A stretch of DNA of 64,000 bases from an uncultured Gemmatimonadales bacterium (GTDB lineage Bacteria > Gemmatimonadota > Gemmatimonadetes > Longimicrobiales > Longimicrobiaceae). Below are positions 8,670 through 17,387 of this stretch, piece by piece. Both the position numbers and the translations under genes were made by a program. Numbering within the stretch: the stretch's first letter is position 1; each line of letters starts with the position of its first letter. The stretch spans positions 7,840,001-7,904,000 of the forward strand of contig OY970303.1 of the NCBI GenBank assembly GCA_963716255.1, given 5' to 3'. The notes under the pieces were generated by a model, which was not told where the DNA came from, ran no database searches, and saw nothing but the letters and a program-made list of their open reading frames with translations.

Positions 8670-9308
8670 GTGAGCGACTTCCCGAACCTGACCGTCATCG
8701 ACCACCCGCTGGTGCAGCACAAGCTTACCGTGCTGCGCCGCAAGGACACGTCCAAGAAGAAGTTCAAGGAGCTGGTGGACGAGATCGCCATGCTCATGGC
8801 GTACGAGGTCACGCGCGACCTGCCGGTGGCCCCGGTGGAGGTGGAGACCCCGCTGGAAACGACCACGCAGATGCGGCTCAGCGGCAAGAAGCTGACGCTG
8901 GTGCCCATCCTGCGCGCCGGCCTGGGGATGGTGGACGGGGTGCTGCGGCTGATGCCCTCGGTGCGGGTGGGGCACATCGGCCTGTACCGCGACCACGACA
9001 CGCTCCAGCCGGTGGACTACTACTTCAAGATCCCGCCGGAGCCGGAGGCGCGCGACTTCATCGTCCTTGACCCCATGCTCGCCACCGGCGGCTCGGCGGC
9101 GGCGGCGGTGTCGTCGCTGAAGCGCTCCGGGGCGACGCGGGTGCGCTTCATGTGCCTGGTGGCGGCGCCGGAAGGGGTGCGGCGGATGCAGCAGGACCAC
9201 CCGGACGTGCAGGTGTACGCGGCGGCGCTGGACCGCGAGCTGGACTCCAACGGCTACATCCGGCCGGGGCTGGGGGACGCGGGGGACCGGCTGTTCGGCA
9301 CCAAGTAA
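8670..9308 (+). CDS. upp: Uracil phosphoribosyltransferase
   Basis: [30 protein letters not shown] motif [28 protein letters not shown]. Confidence 0.98.
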   Translation: MSDFPNLTVIDHPLVQHKLTVLRRKDTSKKKFKELVDEIAMLMAYEVTRDLPVAPVEVETPLETTTQMRLSGKKLTLVPILRAGLGMVDGVLRLMPSVRVGHIGLYRDHDTLQPVDYYFKIPPEPEARDFIVLDPMLATGGSAAAAVSSLKRSGATRVRFMCLVAAPEGVRRMQQDHPDVQVYAAALDRELDSNGYIRPGLGDAGDRLFGTK

Positions 9309-9343
9309 AGGGTTTTACGGCAACGGCTCCGGGCGGCGGGCTC

Positions 9344-9472
9344 GGGCGTGTCCCCGGCTGGCGCCGGGGTCGGGCTTCGGCTCCGTAACGCACGATACAA
9401 CTGTGCGTAACGGAGTCGAGCCCGCGCAAACAGCCGCGCGGTCTCGCCCCATCGGGCCGTAATCCCTCACGC
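9344..9472 (-). repeat. ~127-bp structured dispersed element, copy 4 (inverted)
   Basis: Reverse complement of copy 3, with a compensatorily changed third stem. Confidence 0.95.
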
Positions 9473-9480
9473 GACGGCAG

Positions 9481-9520
9481 GCCCCCTCCCCCCGACCCCT
9501 CCCCCGCAAGCGGGAGAACG
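9481..9520 (+). repeat. REP-like palindrome, unit A (intergenic copy)
   Basis: GCCCCCTCCCCCCGACCCCTCCCCCGCAAGCGGGAGAACG. Confidence 0.7.
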
Positions 9521-9615
9521 GCGCCCCCACCGGAGATTCCGGCGGGGGCGCCGTGCTTTTGCAGTCTGCGGCGCTTCACGCTTCGCGTGAACCGGTAAGC
9601 CCTGTTCCCCGTCCC
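9519..9615 (-). repeat. Second repeat family, copy 2
   Basis: Reverse complement GGGGAACAGGGCTTACCGGTTCACGCGAAGCGTGAAGCGCC...CTGCAAAAGCACGGCGCCCCCGCCGG...GGGGCGCCG aligns with 5598-5703. Confidence 0.8.
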
Positions 9616-11676
9616 CTACCTCGGAAACGCCTCCCGCACCCCGCCGTCCACGGGCAGCATGCACCCCGTCGTGCGCGAGGAGCGGTCCCCGGCGAGGAAG
9701 AGCACCGCCTCGGCGACGTCCTCGGCGCGGACCTCCACGTCCAGCAGGGTGCGGGCGCGGTAGAAGCCGCCCAGGGCTTCCGGGGCGATCCCGTGGGCGC
9801 GGGCGCGCTCGGGGCCGATCTCCGCCCACAGGCCCGAGCCCTCGAAGATGGCGTCGGGGTTCACCAGGTTGGCGCGCACGCCGATGGGGCCGCCCTCGAT
9901 GGCGGCGACGCGCGCGAGCTGGGCCTCGGCGGCCTTGGAGGCGCTGTAGGCGGCGAAGTCCTTGCCCGGCGCGGTGACGTTCTTGGTGGCGACGAACACC
10001 AGGCTGCCGCCCGTGCCCTGGCGCCGCATCATGCGGAGCGCGGCGCGGGTCACCAGGAAGTGGCCGGTGGCGTTCACCGCCAGGCTCCGCTCCCAGTCGG
10101 CGAGCTCCAGCGCCTCGATGGGCGCGCAGTGGGCGATCCCGGCGTTGGACACCACCACGTCCACCCCGCCGAACTCCAGGGCGGCGCGCTCCAGCACCGC
10201 GTCCAAGTCGCGCTCGCGCGTCACGTCCAGCGGCAGGGCGAGCGCGGCGCCCGCGCCCTCCCGCTCCACGATCTCCGCGGCGAGCGATTCCACCGCGGCG
10301 CTCCCCAGGTCGGTGGCCACCACCAGCGCGCCCGCGGCGGCAAGGCGCAGCGCGGCCGCCCGCCCCAGGGCGCCGGCGGCGCCCGTCACCAGCGCCACGC
10401 GGCCGGCCAGCTCGCGCTCCGGCGGGGCGAGCGTCAGCTTGAACAGCTCCAGCGGCCAGTACTCGGCGCGGAAGCCGTCGCCCTCGGCCAGGGAGCGGTA
10501 GCCGCCCAGCGCCTCGGCCCCGGCCATGATCCCCACCGTGTGCAGGTAGATGTCGCGGGCCAGCGCCGCGGCGCGCGGGGTGGGGCCCACCGTCCACATC
10601 CCCACGCCGGGAACCAGGACCACCCGGGGCGCGGGCTCCAGCGCCGGCTCGCCGGTCCGCCAGCGCTCCACGTACGCCAGGTAGTCGGCGCGCCACCGCT
10701 CCAGCGCCTCGCGGAAGCGGCCGGCCAGCCCCCCGGCGTCGGCGGGGTCGTCCACGTCCACCCAGAGCGGGAGCCGCTTGGTGGTGAGGATGTGGTCCGG
10801 CGTGGCCGCCCCCGCGGCGGACGCCTCCCGGGCGCGCGGCGAGCCCACGAACTCCAGCACCTCGGGCGCGTCCGTGTAGCGCGCGACGACGCGCCGCTTC
10901 CCGCCGAGCGCCCCGCGGATCACCGGCGCCAGCACGGCGGCCGCGCGACGACGCTCCCCGTCGTCCAGGCGCAGCCGCGCGTCCGCGACGAACACCGGCT
11001 CCGCCGAGCGCGCCGCGACGAAGTCGCGCGCCCGCGCGACCAGCTCCAGGTGGCGCGCGTACGCCTCCTCCGGGGTGTCGCCCCAGGTGACCAGACCATG
11101 GTTGAGGAGCACCAGCCCGGGGGCGTCGGGGCGGGCGCGCACCGCCTCGCCCACCTCGCGCGAAAGGAGGAAGCCGGGGCGGCGGTAGGGGACGCGGAGC
11201 ACGGAGGCGCCCAGGGCCTCGTCCAGCACCCGCTCCGGGTCGGGGGTGTTCACCAGCGCCAGCAGGGCGTCGGCGTGCGAGTGGAAGACGCTGGCCGCTG
11301 GGACGAAGGCGTGCAGCAGCGTCTCGATGGAGGGACGCGGCGAGGCGGGATCCGTGAGGCAGCGCGCCAGGTACGCGACCATCTCCTCGTCGCTCATGTC
11401 TGCGCGCTCGAAGAGCGGCAGCACGTCGTCCAGCCGCACCCCCGCGAAGTCGCCCGGGCGGATGGACGCGAGGTCGGAGCCGCTCCCCTTCACCCGCAGC
11501 ACGCGCAGGGGGCGCCCCAGCACGTCGGTCTCGTGGGTCTTGAGCGAGGTGTTGCCGCCGCCGCGCAGCACCAGCGACGGGTCCGCGCCCACCCGGCGCG
11601 AGTAGCGGACGAGGGCGTCCAGCGGCTCCTCCGCGGCGGCGGGAGCGGCGGCGGGGCGGTCGACGATGGAAGACAT
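9616..11676 (-). CDS. Bifunctional class II aldolase / short-chain dehydrogenase (rhamnulose-1-phosphate aldolase-SDR family)
   Basis: N-terminal LVLRGGGNTSLK, KGSGSDL, PSIETLLH, HSH, NHG; C-terminal SDR TGAAGALG, NAG, YSASK, VDGG. Start at MSSIVD; the upstream extension overlaps mtnA. Confidence 0.9.
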   Translation of the reverse strand: MSSIVDRPAAAPAAAEEPLDALVRYSRRVGADPSLVLRGGGNTSLKTHETDVLGRPLRVLRVKGSGSDLASIRPGDFAGVRLDDVLPLFERADMSDEEMVAYLARCLTDPASPRPSIETLLHAFVPAASVFHSHADALLALVNTPDPERVLDEALGASVLRVPYRRPGFLLSREVGEAVRARPDAPGLVLLNHGLVTWGDTPEEAYARHLELVARARDFVAARSAEPVFVADARLRLDDGERRRAAAVLAPVIRGALGGKRRVVARYTDAPEVLEFVGSPRAREASAAGAATPDHILTTKRLPLWVDVDDPADAGGLAGRFREALERWRADYLAYVERWRTGEPALEPAPRVVLVPGVGMWTVGPTPRAAALARDIYLHTVGIMAGAEALGGYRSLAEGDGFRAEYWPLELFKLTLAPPERELAGRVALVTGAAGALGRAAALRLAAAGALVVATDLGSAAVESLAAEIVEREGAGAALALPLDVTRERDLDAVLERAALEFGGVDVVVSNAGIAHCAPIEALELADWERSLAVNATGHFLVTRAALRMMRRQGTGGSLVFVATKNVTAPGKDFAAYSASKAAEAQLARVAAIEGGPIGVRANLVNPDAIFEGSGLWAEIGPERARAHGIAPEALGGFYRARTLLDVEVRAEDVAEAVLFLAGDRSSRTTGCMLPVDGGVREAFPR

Positions 11677-11696
11677 GGCGTGGGGGACGGGAGCGG

Positions 11697-12779
11697 TCAG
11701 ACGGCCGCCGGACGCGCGGCGGCGGGAAAGCACGACGCCGGGAGCCCGCCCGGGGCGAACACGCCCTGCTCGGTGACGAAGCCGGTGACGAAGCGCGCGG
11801 GGGTCATGTCGAACGCCGGGTTGCGCGCGGGGGAGCCGGGCGAGGTCACCCGCACGCGCCGCTGCGTCCCGGCCTCGTCGGGGCCGGTCTGGTAGTGCAC
11901 CTCGTCGGCGGAGCGCTCCTCGATGGGAACGGCGGCGCCGTCGGCGGCGGCGGGGTCGAAGGTGGAGGGCGGCGCGGCCACGTAGAAGGGGACGCCGAAC
12001 TCGCGCGCGCAGACGGCCTTCGCGAGCGTCCCCACCTTGTTGACCACGTCGCCGTTGGCGGCCACGCGGTCGGCGCCCACGATCACCAGGTCCACCTCGC
12101 CGCGGCTCATCAGGAAAGCGGCGGCGTTGTCGGCGATCACCGCGTGCGGCACCCCCTCGCCGGCCAGCTCCCACGCCGTCAGGCGCGCGCCCTGCGCGCG
12201 CGGCCGGGTCTCGTCCACCCACACGTGCGGCTGTCTGCCGGCGGTGGCGGCGGCGTACACGGGGGCGAGCGCGGTGCCGTGGTCCACGGTGGCCAGCCAC
12301 CCCGCGTTGCAGTGGGTGAGCACGCGCGCGCCGTGCCCCAGCAGCGCCGCGCCGTGCTCGCCGATGCGGCGGCAGCACGCCACGCTCTCCTCCGCGAGCG
12401 CCCGAGCGGCTTCTTCGGCGGCCTCGGCCGCGGCGGAGGCGTGCGGGGCGGCTTCGGCGGCGGCCCACACGCGCTCGGTGGCGTGGAACAGGTCGCGGGC
12501 GGTGGGGCGGGTGCCCTCGATGAGCGCGCGCGCGGCGCGGGCGTGCGGCCACGGGTCGCCGGGGGCGGCCTCCAGGAAGGCCTGCGCCAGGGCGAACGCC
12601 GCCGCCGCGCCGATGGCGGGCGCGCCCCGCACCGTCATCCGGCGGATCGCCTCGGCGGTCGCGCGGTGGTCGGGGCAGTCCTCCACGGCGAAGTCGAAGG
12701 GGAGCCGGTTCTGGTCGATCATCCGGACCGTGGCGCCGTCCATCCAGACGGTGCGGTACGGCGTGCCTTGGACGCGCAT
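11697..12779 (-). CDS. mtnA: S-methyl-5-thioribose-1-phosphate isomerase
   Basis: IDQNRLP, VRGAPAIG, TRPTA, LTHCNAGWLA, ETRPRAQGARLTAWEL, GADRVAANGDVVNKVGT, NPAFD. Confidence 0.96.
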   Translation of the reverse strand: MRVQGTPYRTVWMDGATVRMIDQNRLPFDFAVEDCPDHRATAEAIRRMTVRGAPAIGAAAAFALAQAFLEAAPGDPWPHARAARALIEGTRPTARDLFHATERVWAAAEAAPHASAAAEAAEEAARALAEESVACCRRIGEHGAALLGHGARVLTHCNAGWLATVDHGTALAPVYAAATAGRQPHVWVDETRPRAQGARLTAWELAGEGVPHAVIADNAAAFLMSRGEVDLVIVGADRVAANGDVVNKVGTLAKAVCAREFGVPFYVAAPPSTFDPAAADGAAVPIEERSADEVHYQTGPDEAGTQRRVRVTSPGSPARNPAFDMTPARFVTGFVTEQGVFAPGGLPASCFPAAARPAAV

Positions 12780-12852
12780 CGGGCTTCGGTGCGGGGGGGG
12801 CGGGGTCGTGGGGATGCGTGACCGGCCGCGGGTCGCGCAAGCCGTGTCGGCA

Positions 12853-12881
12853 AAGGTAAGGGAGCGCGCCCGGGCCGTCCA
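12853..12881 (-). promoter_or_regulatory. Putative sigma70 promoter of the mtnA-aldolase/SDR operon
   Basis: TGGACG-17 bp-TACCTT on the minus strand. Confidence 0.4.
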
Positions 12882-12923
12882 GCGGAGGCGGGCGGAGAGA
12901 AGGCGGGCGGAGCGGCGCTCCGG

Positions 12924-12952
12924 TTGAACTCGGGGGAGGGAAGGCGTATCTT
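12924..12952 (+). promoter_or_regulatory. Putative sigma70 promoter of the tRNA
   Basis: TTGAAC-17 bp-TATCTT. Confidence 0.55.
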
Positions 12953-12991
12953 GTCTGGCCCGCCGCATTCCGGGAACGGTCGGCGGGGAGC

Positions 12992-13065
12992 GGGCCTGTA
13001 GCTCAGCTGGTCAGAGCACCGGACTCATAATCCGAGGGTCGTGGGTTCAAGTCCCACCGGGCCCA
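12992..13065 (+). tRNA. tRNA with CAT anticodon, most likely tRNA-Ile2 (lysidine); elongator Met not excluded; CCA not encoded
   Basis: GGGCCTG/CGGGCCC acceptor stem, D arm TAGCTCAGCTGGTCAGAGC, anticodon loop CTCATAA, T arm GTGGGTTCAAGTCCCAC. The acceptor stem is Ile-like, and there is a C27-A43 mismatch. Confidence 0.93.
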
Positions 13066-13070
13066 TGAAA

Positions 13071-13108
13071 GCAGCGCCGGGAGTTGACTAGCTCCTGGCG
13101 CTGTTTTC
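13071..13108 (+). terminator. Intrinsic terminator after the tRNA
   Basis: GCAGCGCCGGGAG...CTCCTGGCGCTGT followed by TTT. Confidence 0.7.
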
Positions 13109-13416
13109 CGTTGTGGTCCCCTGGCAGTGCCGATTCTTGAGTTTCGTAATAGGCTCAGCAGGTGCACCGACCGGTCATTATGCGACTGGGACGCACCATT
13201 CTGGCGCGTGCAAGGGTGCCGCAATATGTTTGCTGTGTCAGTCCACCTTTCCCTCTGCGTGGATCGATGGGCCAGTACTCCCTTTCCATCGTGTCGTGCG
13301 TGATCGGTTGGTGGGCCGGCTGCGGAAATGTTTGCTGGGTAAATGCTCGGCTGGGTGCCAGGCGGTTGGCGCCCATCTTATGCTAGTGCCGTGAGCCCGC
13401 CACTATTAATAAGTCA

Positions 13417-16400
13417 ATGCGACTGATCCGGAACAGCGGCGACGACCGCGTCGTCGATGTGCTGCGTGCGTCCCTCACTCAAGAATCCTCCCTCGACATC
13501 GCTTCGGCAGGCCTGTCTCTCTTCGGGTTCGCGGAGCTGAGCTCGGTCCTCGAGGAGTTGGAGGGCTGCCGGCTGGTCCTCCCTGCTGTGGAGCAGGATG
13601 ACGTGGACCTGCTGGGCGCGGATGGCGACCGCTCGTTCCGGAATCGCCTGCAGATCCGCTGGCTAGCCCGCCTGTTGGCCGGCTGGGTGGAGCGCAGGGC
13701 GGACGTTCGGAGCGCACCGGAGCTTCCGCAGTCCACGTTCATCGTGAGGCGCGCCAACGGTTCCGAGGGGCGGGGGATCACGGGAGCCTGCGCGTTCACC
13801 AGCGACGGGCTGGGGCTCACCCCCGGAGCCCAGTTCGGTCTCATCCAGTGCTCGGAGAGCGCCGAGGAACTGGAGATGCTGAGCGCCTGGTTTTCTTCGA
13901 TGTGGAGCAGCCTGCCGGCGACTCCGTCCGCCAAGAACGCGCTCCTCTCCCGGCTCAATGAGTTGGCGGAGCACAAGCCGCCCGCGCTCATCTACTATCT
14001 CACCCTCTACCACCTGTTCAAGGATCTCGGGGACGAGCTGGACGAGGAGCGGATCGTCAAGTCGGGCACGGGGATCCGCGACACCATGGTCTGGCGGAGG
14101 CTCTACAAGTTCCAGCGCGACGCGGTGGTGGGCGCGATCGACAAGCTGGAGCGCCTCGGTGGATGTATCATCGCGGATAGCGTCGGCCTCGGTAAGACGT
14201 TCGAGGGGTTGGCCGTCATCAAGTACTACGAGCTTCGCAACGACCGGGTACTCGTCCTGTGCCCGAAGCGCCTCCGCGACAACTGGACACTCTACAAGGC
14301 GAACGACCGCCGGAACGTGCTCGCGGCGGACCGCTTCCACTACGACGTGCTGAACCACACCGACCTGTCGCGGGACGGCGGCATGTCCGGAGACATCGAC
14401 CTGTCGCACGTCAACTGGGGGAACTATGACCTGGTCGTGATCGACGAGTCCCACAACTTCCGCAACAAGGCAACGCACCGGGACCGGGACACCCGTTACG
14501 ACCACCTGATGAAGCGCATCATCAGGGCGGGGGTGAAGACCAAGGTGCTCATGCTCTCGGCGACGCCGGTCAACAACCGCCTGGCGGACCTGAAGAACCA
14601 GATCGCCTTCGCCACCGAGGCGGACGACACGGCGCTGGCGGCGCATGGGATCCCCAGCATCGAGACCACGGTGCGGCGCGCCCAGCTCCAGTTCAACCGC
14701 TGGCTCAACCTCGACCGGGAGGAGCGCACCTCGGCGCGGCTCATGGAGCTGCTCGGGTTCGACTACTTCAAACTGCTGGACCTCCTCACCATCGCCCGCT
14801 CCCGTAAGCACATTCAGAAGTACTACGGCACAGGCGAGACCGGCGAGTTCCCGGAGAGGCGCAAGCCCATCAACATCAAGGCTGACGTGGACCTCGCGGC
14901 GGAGTTCCCGCTGATCCGCGACATCAACAACGAGATCCGCCGCCTGACGCTCGCCGCGTATGCGCCGCTGCGCTACGTCCTGCCCCACAAGCAGAAAGCG
15001 TACGACGAGAAGTACAGCACGCTGGTTCGCGGCGGCGAGAGTGTCTTCCGGCAGGTGGACCGCGAGGAGAGCATGGTGCACCTGCTGCGGGTGAACGTGC
15101 TCAAGCGGATGGAGAGCTCGGTCACCTCGTTCGCCCTGACGCTGAAGCGCCAGCTCGCGGACGTGGAGGGGCTGCTCGCCCAGCTCGACGCGCACGAGGA
15201 TTCGGTCGAGGAGATCGACATCAGCGACGTGGAGGTGGACGATCCCGCCTTCGAGACGCTCCTCGTGGGAACCAAGGTGAAGGTGCTGCTCCAGGACGTG
15301 GATCGCGTCCGCTGGAGCCAGGACCTGACTGCGGACCGCGACCGGCTCGCGACCCTGCTCTCCGCGGCCCGCGAGATCGGTCCGGAGCGGGATGCCAAGC
15401 TGAACGACCTGCGCGAGGTAATCGCCGGGAAGTGCCGCGACCCGCTCAACCCCGGGAACCGCAAGGTGCTGGTGTTCACGGCGTTCGCCGACACCGCGGA
15501 GTACCTGTACCGGGAGCTGGCGGGGTGGGCGCACAGCGAATGGGGGATCCACTCGGCGCTCGTGACGGGCGCGGGACGGAACCGTACGTCGGTGCCCGGG
15601 CTGCGCAAGGACCTGGCGAGCATCCTCACCACCTTCTCGCCGCGCTCCAAGGAGCGGCCGGCGGAGCTGGCGGACGAGGCGGAGATCGACCTGCTGATCG
15701 CCACGGACTGCATCTCGGAGGGGCAGAACCTCCAGGACTGCGACTTCCTGGTGAACTACGACATCCACTGGAACCCGGTGCGGATCATCCAGCGCTTCGG
15801 ACGGGTGGACCGCATCGGCTCGCCGAACGCCTGCGTACAGCTGGTGAACTTCTGGCCCAACATGGAACTGGAGGAATACATCAACCTGGAGCAGCGGGTC
15901 AGCGGCCGAATGGTGCTTCTGGACGTCTCGGCGACCGGCGAGGAGAACCTGATCGAGCAGGAGTCCGGCAACCAGATGAACGACCTGGAGTACCGCCGGG
16001 AACAGCTCCAGAAGATGCAGGACGCGGTGATCGACCTGGAGGACCTGTCCAGCGGGGTATCCATCGCGGACCTGACGCTGAACGACTTCCGCGTGGAGCT
16101 GGCTCGCTTCCTGGCCGAGGATCCGGACCGCCTGGAGCGGCTGCCGCTGGGGACGATGGCGGTGACCACCACGGCCGGATCCGAGGACGCGGGGATCCCG
16201 CCCGGCGTCGTATTTTGCCTGCGTGCCGTCGGGGTGGCGGCTGAAGCCGCCGCCGAGCCGGGCTACCCCCTGGCGCCGCATTACCTGGTGCACGTGGGCG
16301 AGGACGGCTCGGTGCTGCTTCCGTTCACCCAGGCAAAGCAGATCCTCGACCGGCTGAAGAAGCTGACCATCGGCCGGGACCTCCCTGACGCGGGGGCGTG

Positions 16401-16632
16401 CCGGCGCTTCGGCCGGGCCACCCGGGACGGGCAGGACATGGCGGCGGTCCAGCGGCTCCTGGCACGCGCGGTGGGCTCAGTGGTCGGGCGGAAGGAGGAG
16501 CGCGCGGTGGCCAGCCTGTTCTCCCCCGGGGGGACGCACGCCATCCGGGGCGAGTTTCGGGGGACGGACGACTTCGAGGTGGTGGCCTTTCTGGTGGTGC
16601 TGCCGGAGGAGGAGGCACCGGCGGCCACATGA
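13417..16632 (+). CDS. SNF2-family helicase with a degenerate PLD-like N-terminus (R-M associated)
   Basis: IADSVGLGKT, IDESHNFR, LSATP, ATDCISEGQNLQ, HWNP, QRFGRVDRIG. Confidence 0.92.
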   Translation: MRLIRNSGDDRVVDVLRASLTQESSLDIASAGLSLFGFAELSSVLEELEGCRLVLPAVEQDDVDLLGADGDRSFRNRLQIRWLARLLAGWVERRADVRSAPELPQSTFIVRRANGSEGRGITGACAFTSDGLGLTPGAQFGLIQCSESAEELEMLSAWFSSMWSSLPATPSAKNALLSRLNELAEHKPPALIYYLTLYHLFKDLGDELDEERIVKSGTGIRDTMVWRRLYKFQRDAVVGAIDKLERLGGCIIADSVGLGKTFEGLAVIKYYELRNDRVLVLCPKRLRDNWTLYKANDRRNVLAADRFHYDVLNHTDLSRDGGMSGDIDLSHVNWGNYDLVVIDESHNFRNKATHRDRDTRYDHLMKRIIRAGVKTKVLMLSATPVNNRLADLKNQIAFATEADDTALAAHGIPSIETTVRRAQLQFNRWLNLDREERTSARLMELLGFDYFKLLDLLTIARSRKHIQKYYGTGETGEFPERRKPINIKADVDLAAEFPLIRDINNEIRRLTLAAYAPLRYVLPHKQKAYDEKYSTLVRGGESVFRQVDREESMVHLLRVNVLKRMESSVTSFALTLKRQLADVEGLLAQLDAHEDSVEEIDISDVEVDDPAFETLLVGTKVKVLLQDVDRVRWSQDLTADRDRLATLLSAAREIGPERDAKLNDLREVIAGKCRDPLNPGNRKVLVFTAFADTAEYLYRELAGWAHSEWGIHSALVTGAGRNRTSVPGLRKDLASILTTFSPRSKERPAELADEAEIDLLIATDCISEGQNLQDCDFLVNYDIHWNPVRIIQRFGRVDRIGSPNACVQLVNFWPNMELEEYINLEQRVSGRMVLLDVSATGEENLIEQESGNQMNDLEYRREQLQKMQDAVIDLEDLSSGVSIADLTLNDFRVELARFLAEDPDRLERLPLGTMAVTTTAGSEDAGIPPGVVFCLRAVGVAAEAAAEPGYPLAPHYLVHVGEDGSVLLPFTQAKQILDRLKKLTIGRDLPDAGACRRFGRATRDGQDMAAVQRLLARAVGSVVGRKEERAVASLFSPGGTHAIRGEFRGTDDFEVVAFLVVLPEEEAPAAT

Positions 16633-17387
16633 GCGTGGAGGTGCTCGTGGCGGCGCTGGCGCTCCCCGCGGAGGCGCGGGTGGACCAGCGGGTGCCCAAG
16701 AAGCTGCTGCTGGAAAACGGGGCGCCCACGGCGGCGGACCGGCGGCTGATCCAGGACGGATTGGAGGAGCTGGTCTGGGTGGCGGCCCTCAAGCCTGCGT
16801 CGGCGGGCGTGCCGTCGTATTCCGACGAGATCCGCGAGTACCTGGAGGTCGCCGTGGTCGCGGCGCGGTTGCGGCCGGGGGCGAAAGCGGCCAGGATGGT
16901 GGAGCTGATCCATCGGGCCATTCCCTACCCGCTGGTGCTGCTTGTGGAGAGCGGGGAGGGGACGGCGCTCTCGCTGGCGCACAAGCGCCGCTCGGAGGCG
17001 GAGGCGGACCGCGTGGTTGTGGAGGCGGTGGAGACGACGGCGCCGCTGCGTCCGGACCTGTCAGCCCCCGAAGAGGTCGCCTTCCTGGGAAGCCTGCTGC
17101 TGGCTGCGCAGCCCCGGGGCGACCTGCTCGCACTGTACGAGGGGTGGCGCGGGTGCGTGACGGCGCTCGCCGCGGCGCGGGTGACGGGGAGCTATGCGCC
17201 TTCCCTCTCGCGGGAGCAGACGGCGGCGCGGCGAGCCGCGCTGGACGAGCACGCGCGTCTGCGCCAGGAGGTGGACCGCCTCCGCGCGCAGGCCACGAAA
17301 GAGAAGCAGCTCAGCCGGCTGGTGGAGCTGAACCTGGAGATCCGGCGCCTGGAAGAGCGCATCGGACAACTACAAGCGGAGCTATGA
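16629..17387 (+). CDS. DUF4391-like protein
   Basis: ATGA-coupled; RVPKK, ELIHRAIPYP, C-terminal coiled coil KEKQLSRLVELNLEI; typical position between SNF2 and type III mod. Confidence 0.8.
   Translation: MSVEVLVAALALPAEARVDQRVPKKLLLENGAPTAADRRLIQDGLEELVWVAALKPASAGVPSYSDEIREYLEVAVVAARLRPGAKAARMVELIHRAIPYPLVLLVESGEGTALSLAHKRRSEAEADRVVVEAVETTAPLRPDLSAPEEVAFLGSLLLAAQPRGDLLALYEGWRGCVTALAAARVTGSYAPSLSREQTAARRAALDEHARLRQEVDRLRAQATKEKQLSRLVELNLEIRRLEERIGQLQAEL

Noticed and set aside
2482..9472. CRISPR array or integron attC interpretation of the repeats
   Set aside because: No regular repeat-spacer period and no cas or integrase gene. Copies are in opposite orientations and lack RYYYAAC/GTTRRRY ends.
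11677..12840. 1074-aa ORF suggesting an MtnA-aldolase-SDR triple fusion
   Set aside because: MtnA is in a different frame with its own stop at 11697; the extension is a shadow reading.
13003..13394. Short ORFs over and after the tRNA
   Set aside because: Overlapping short frames with atypical composition and no motifs; more likely a non-coding spacer or promoter region.
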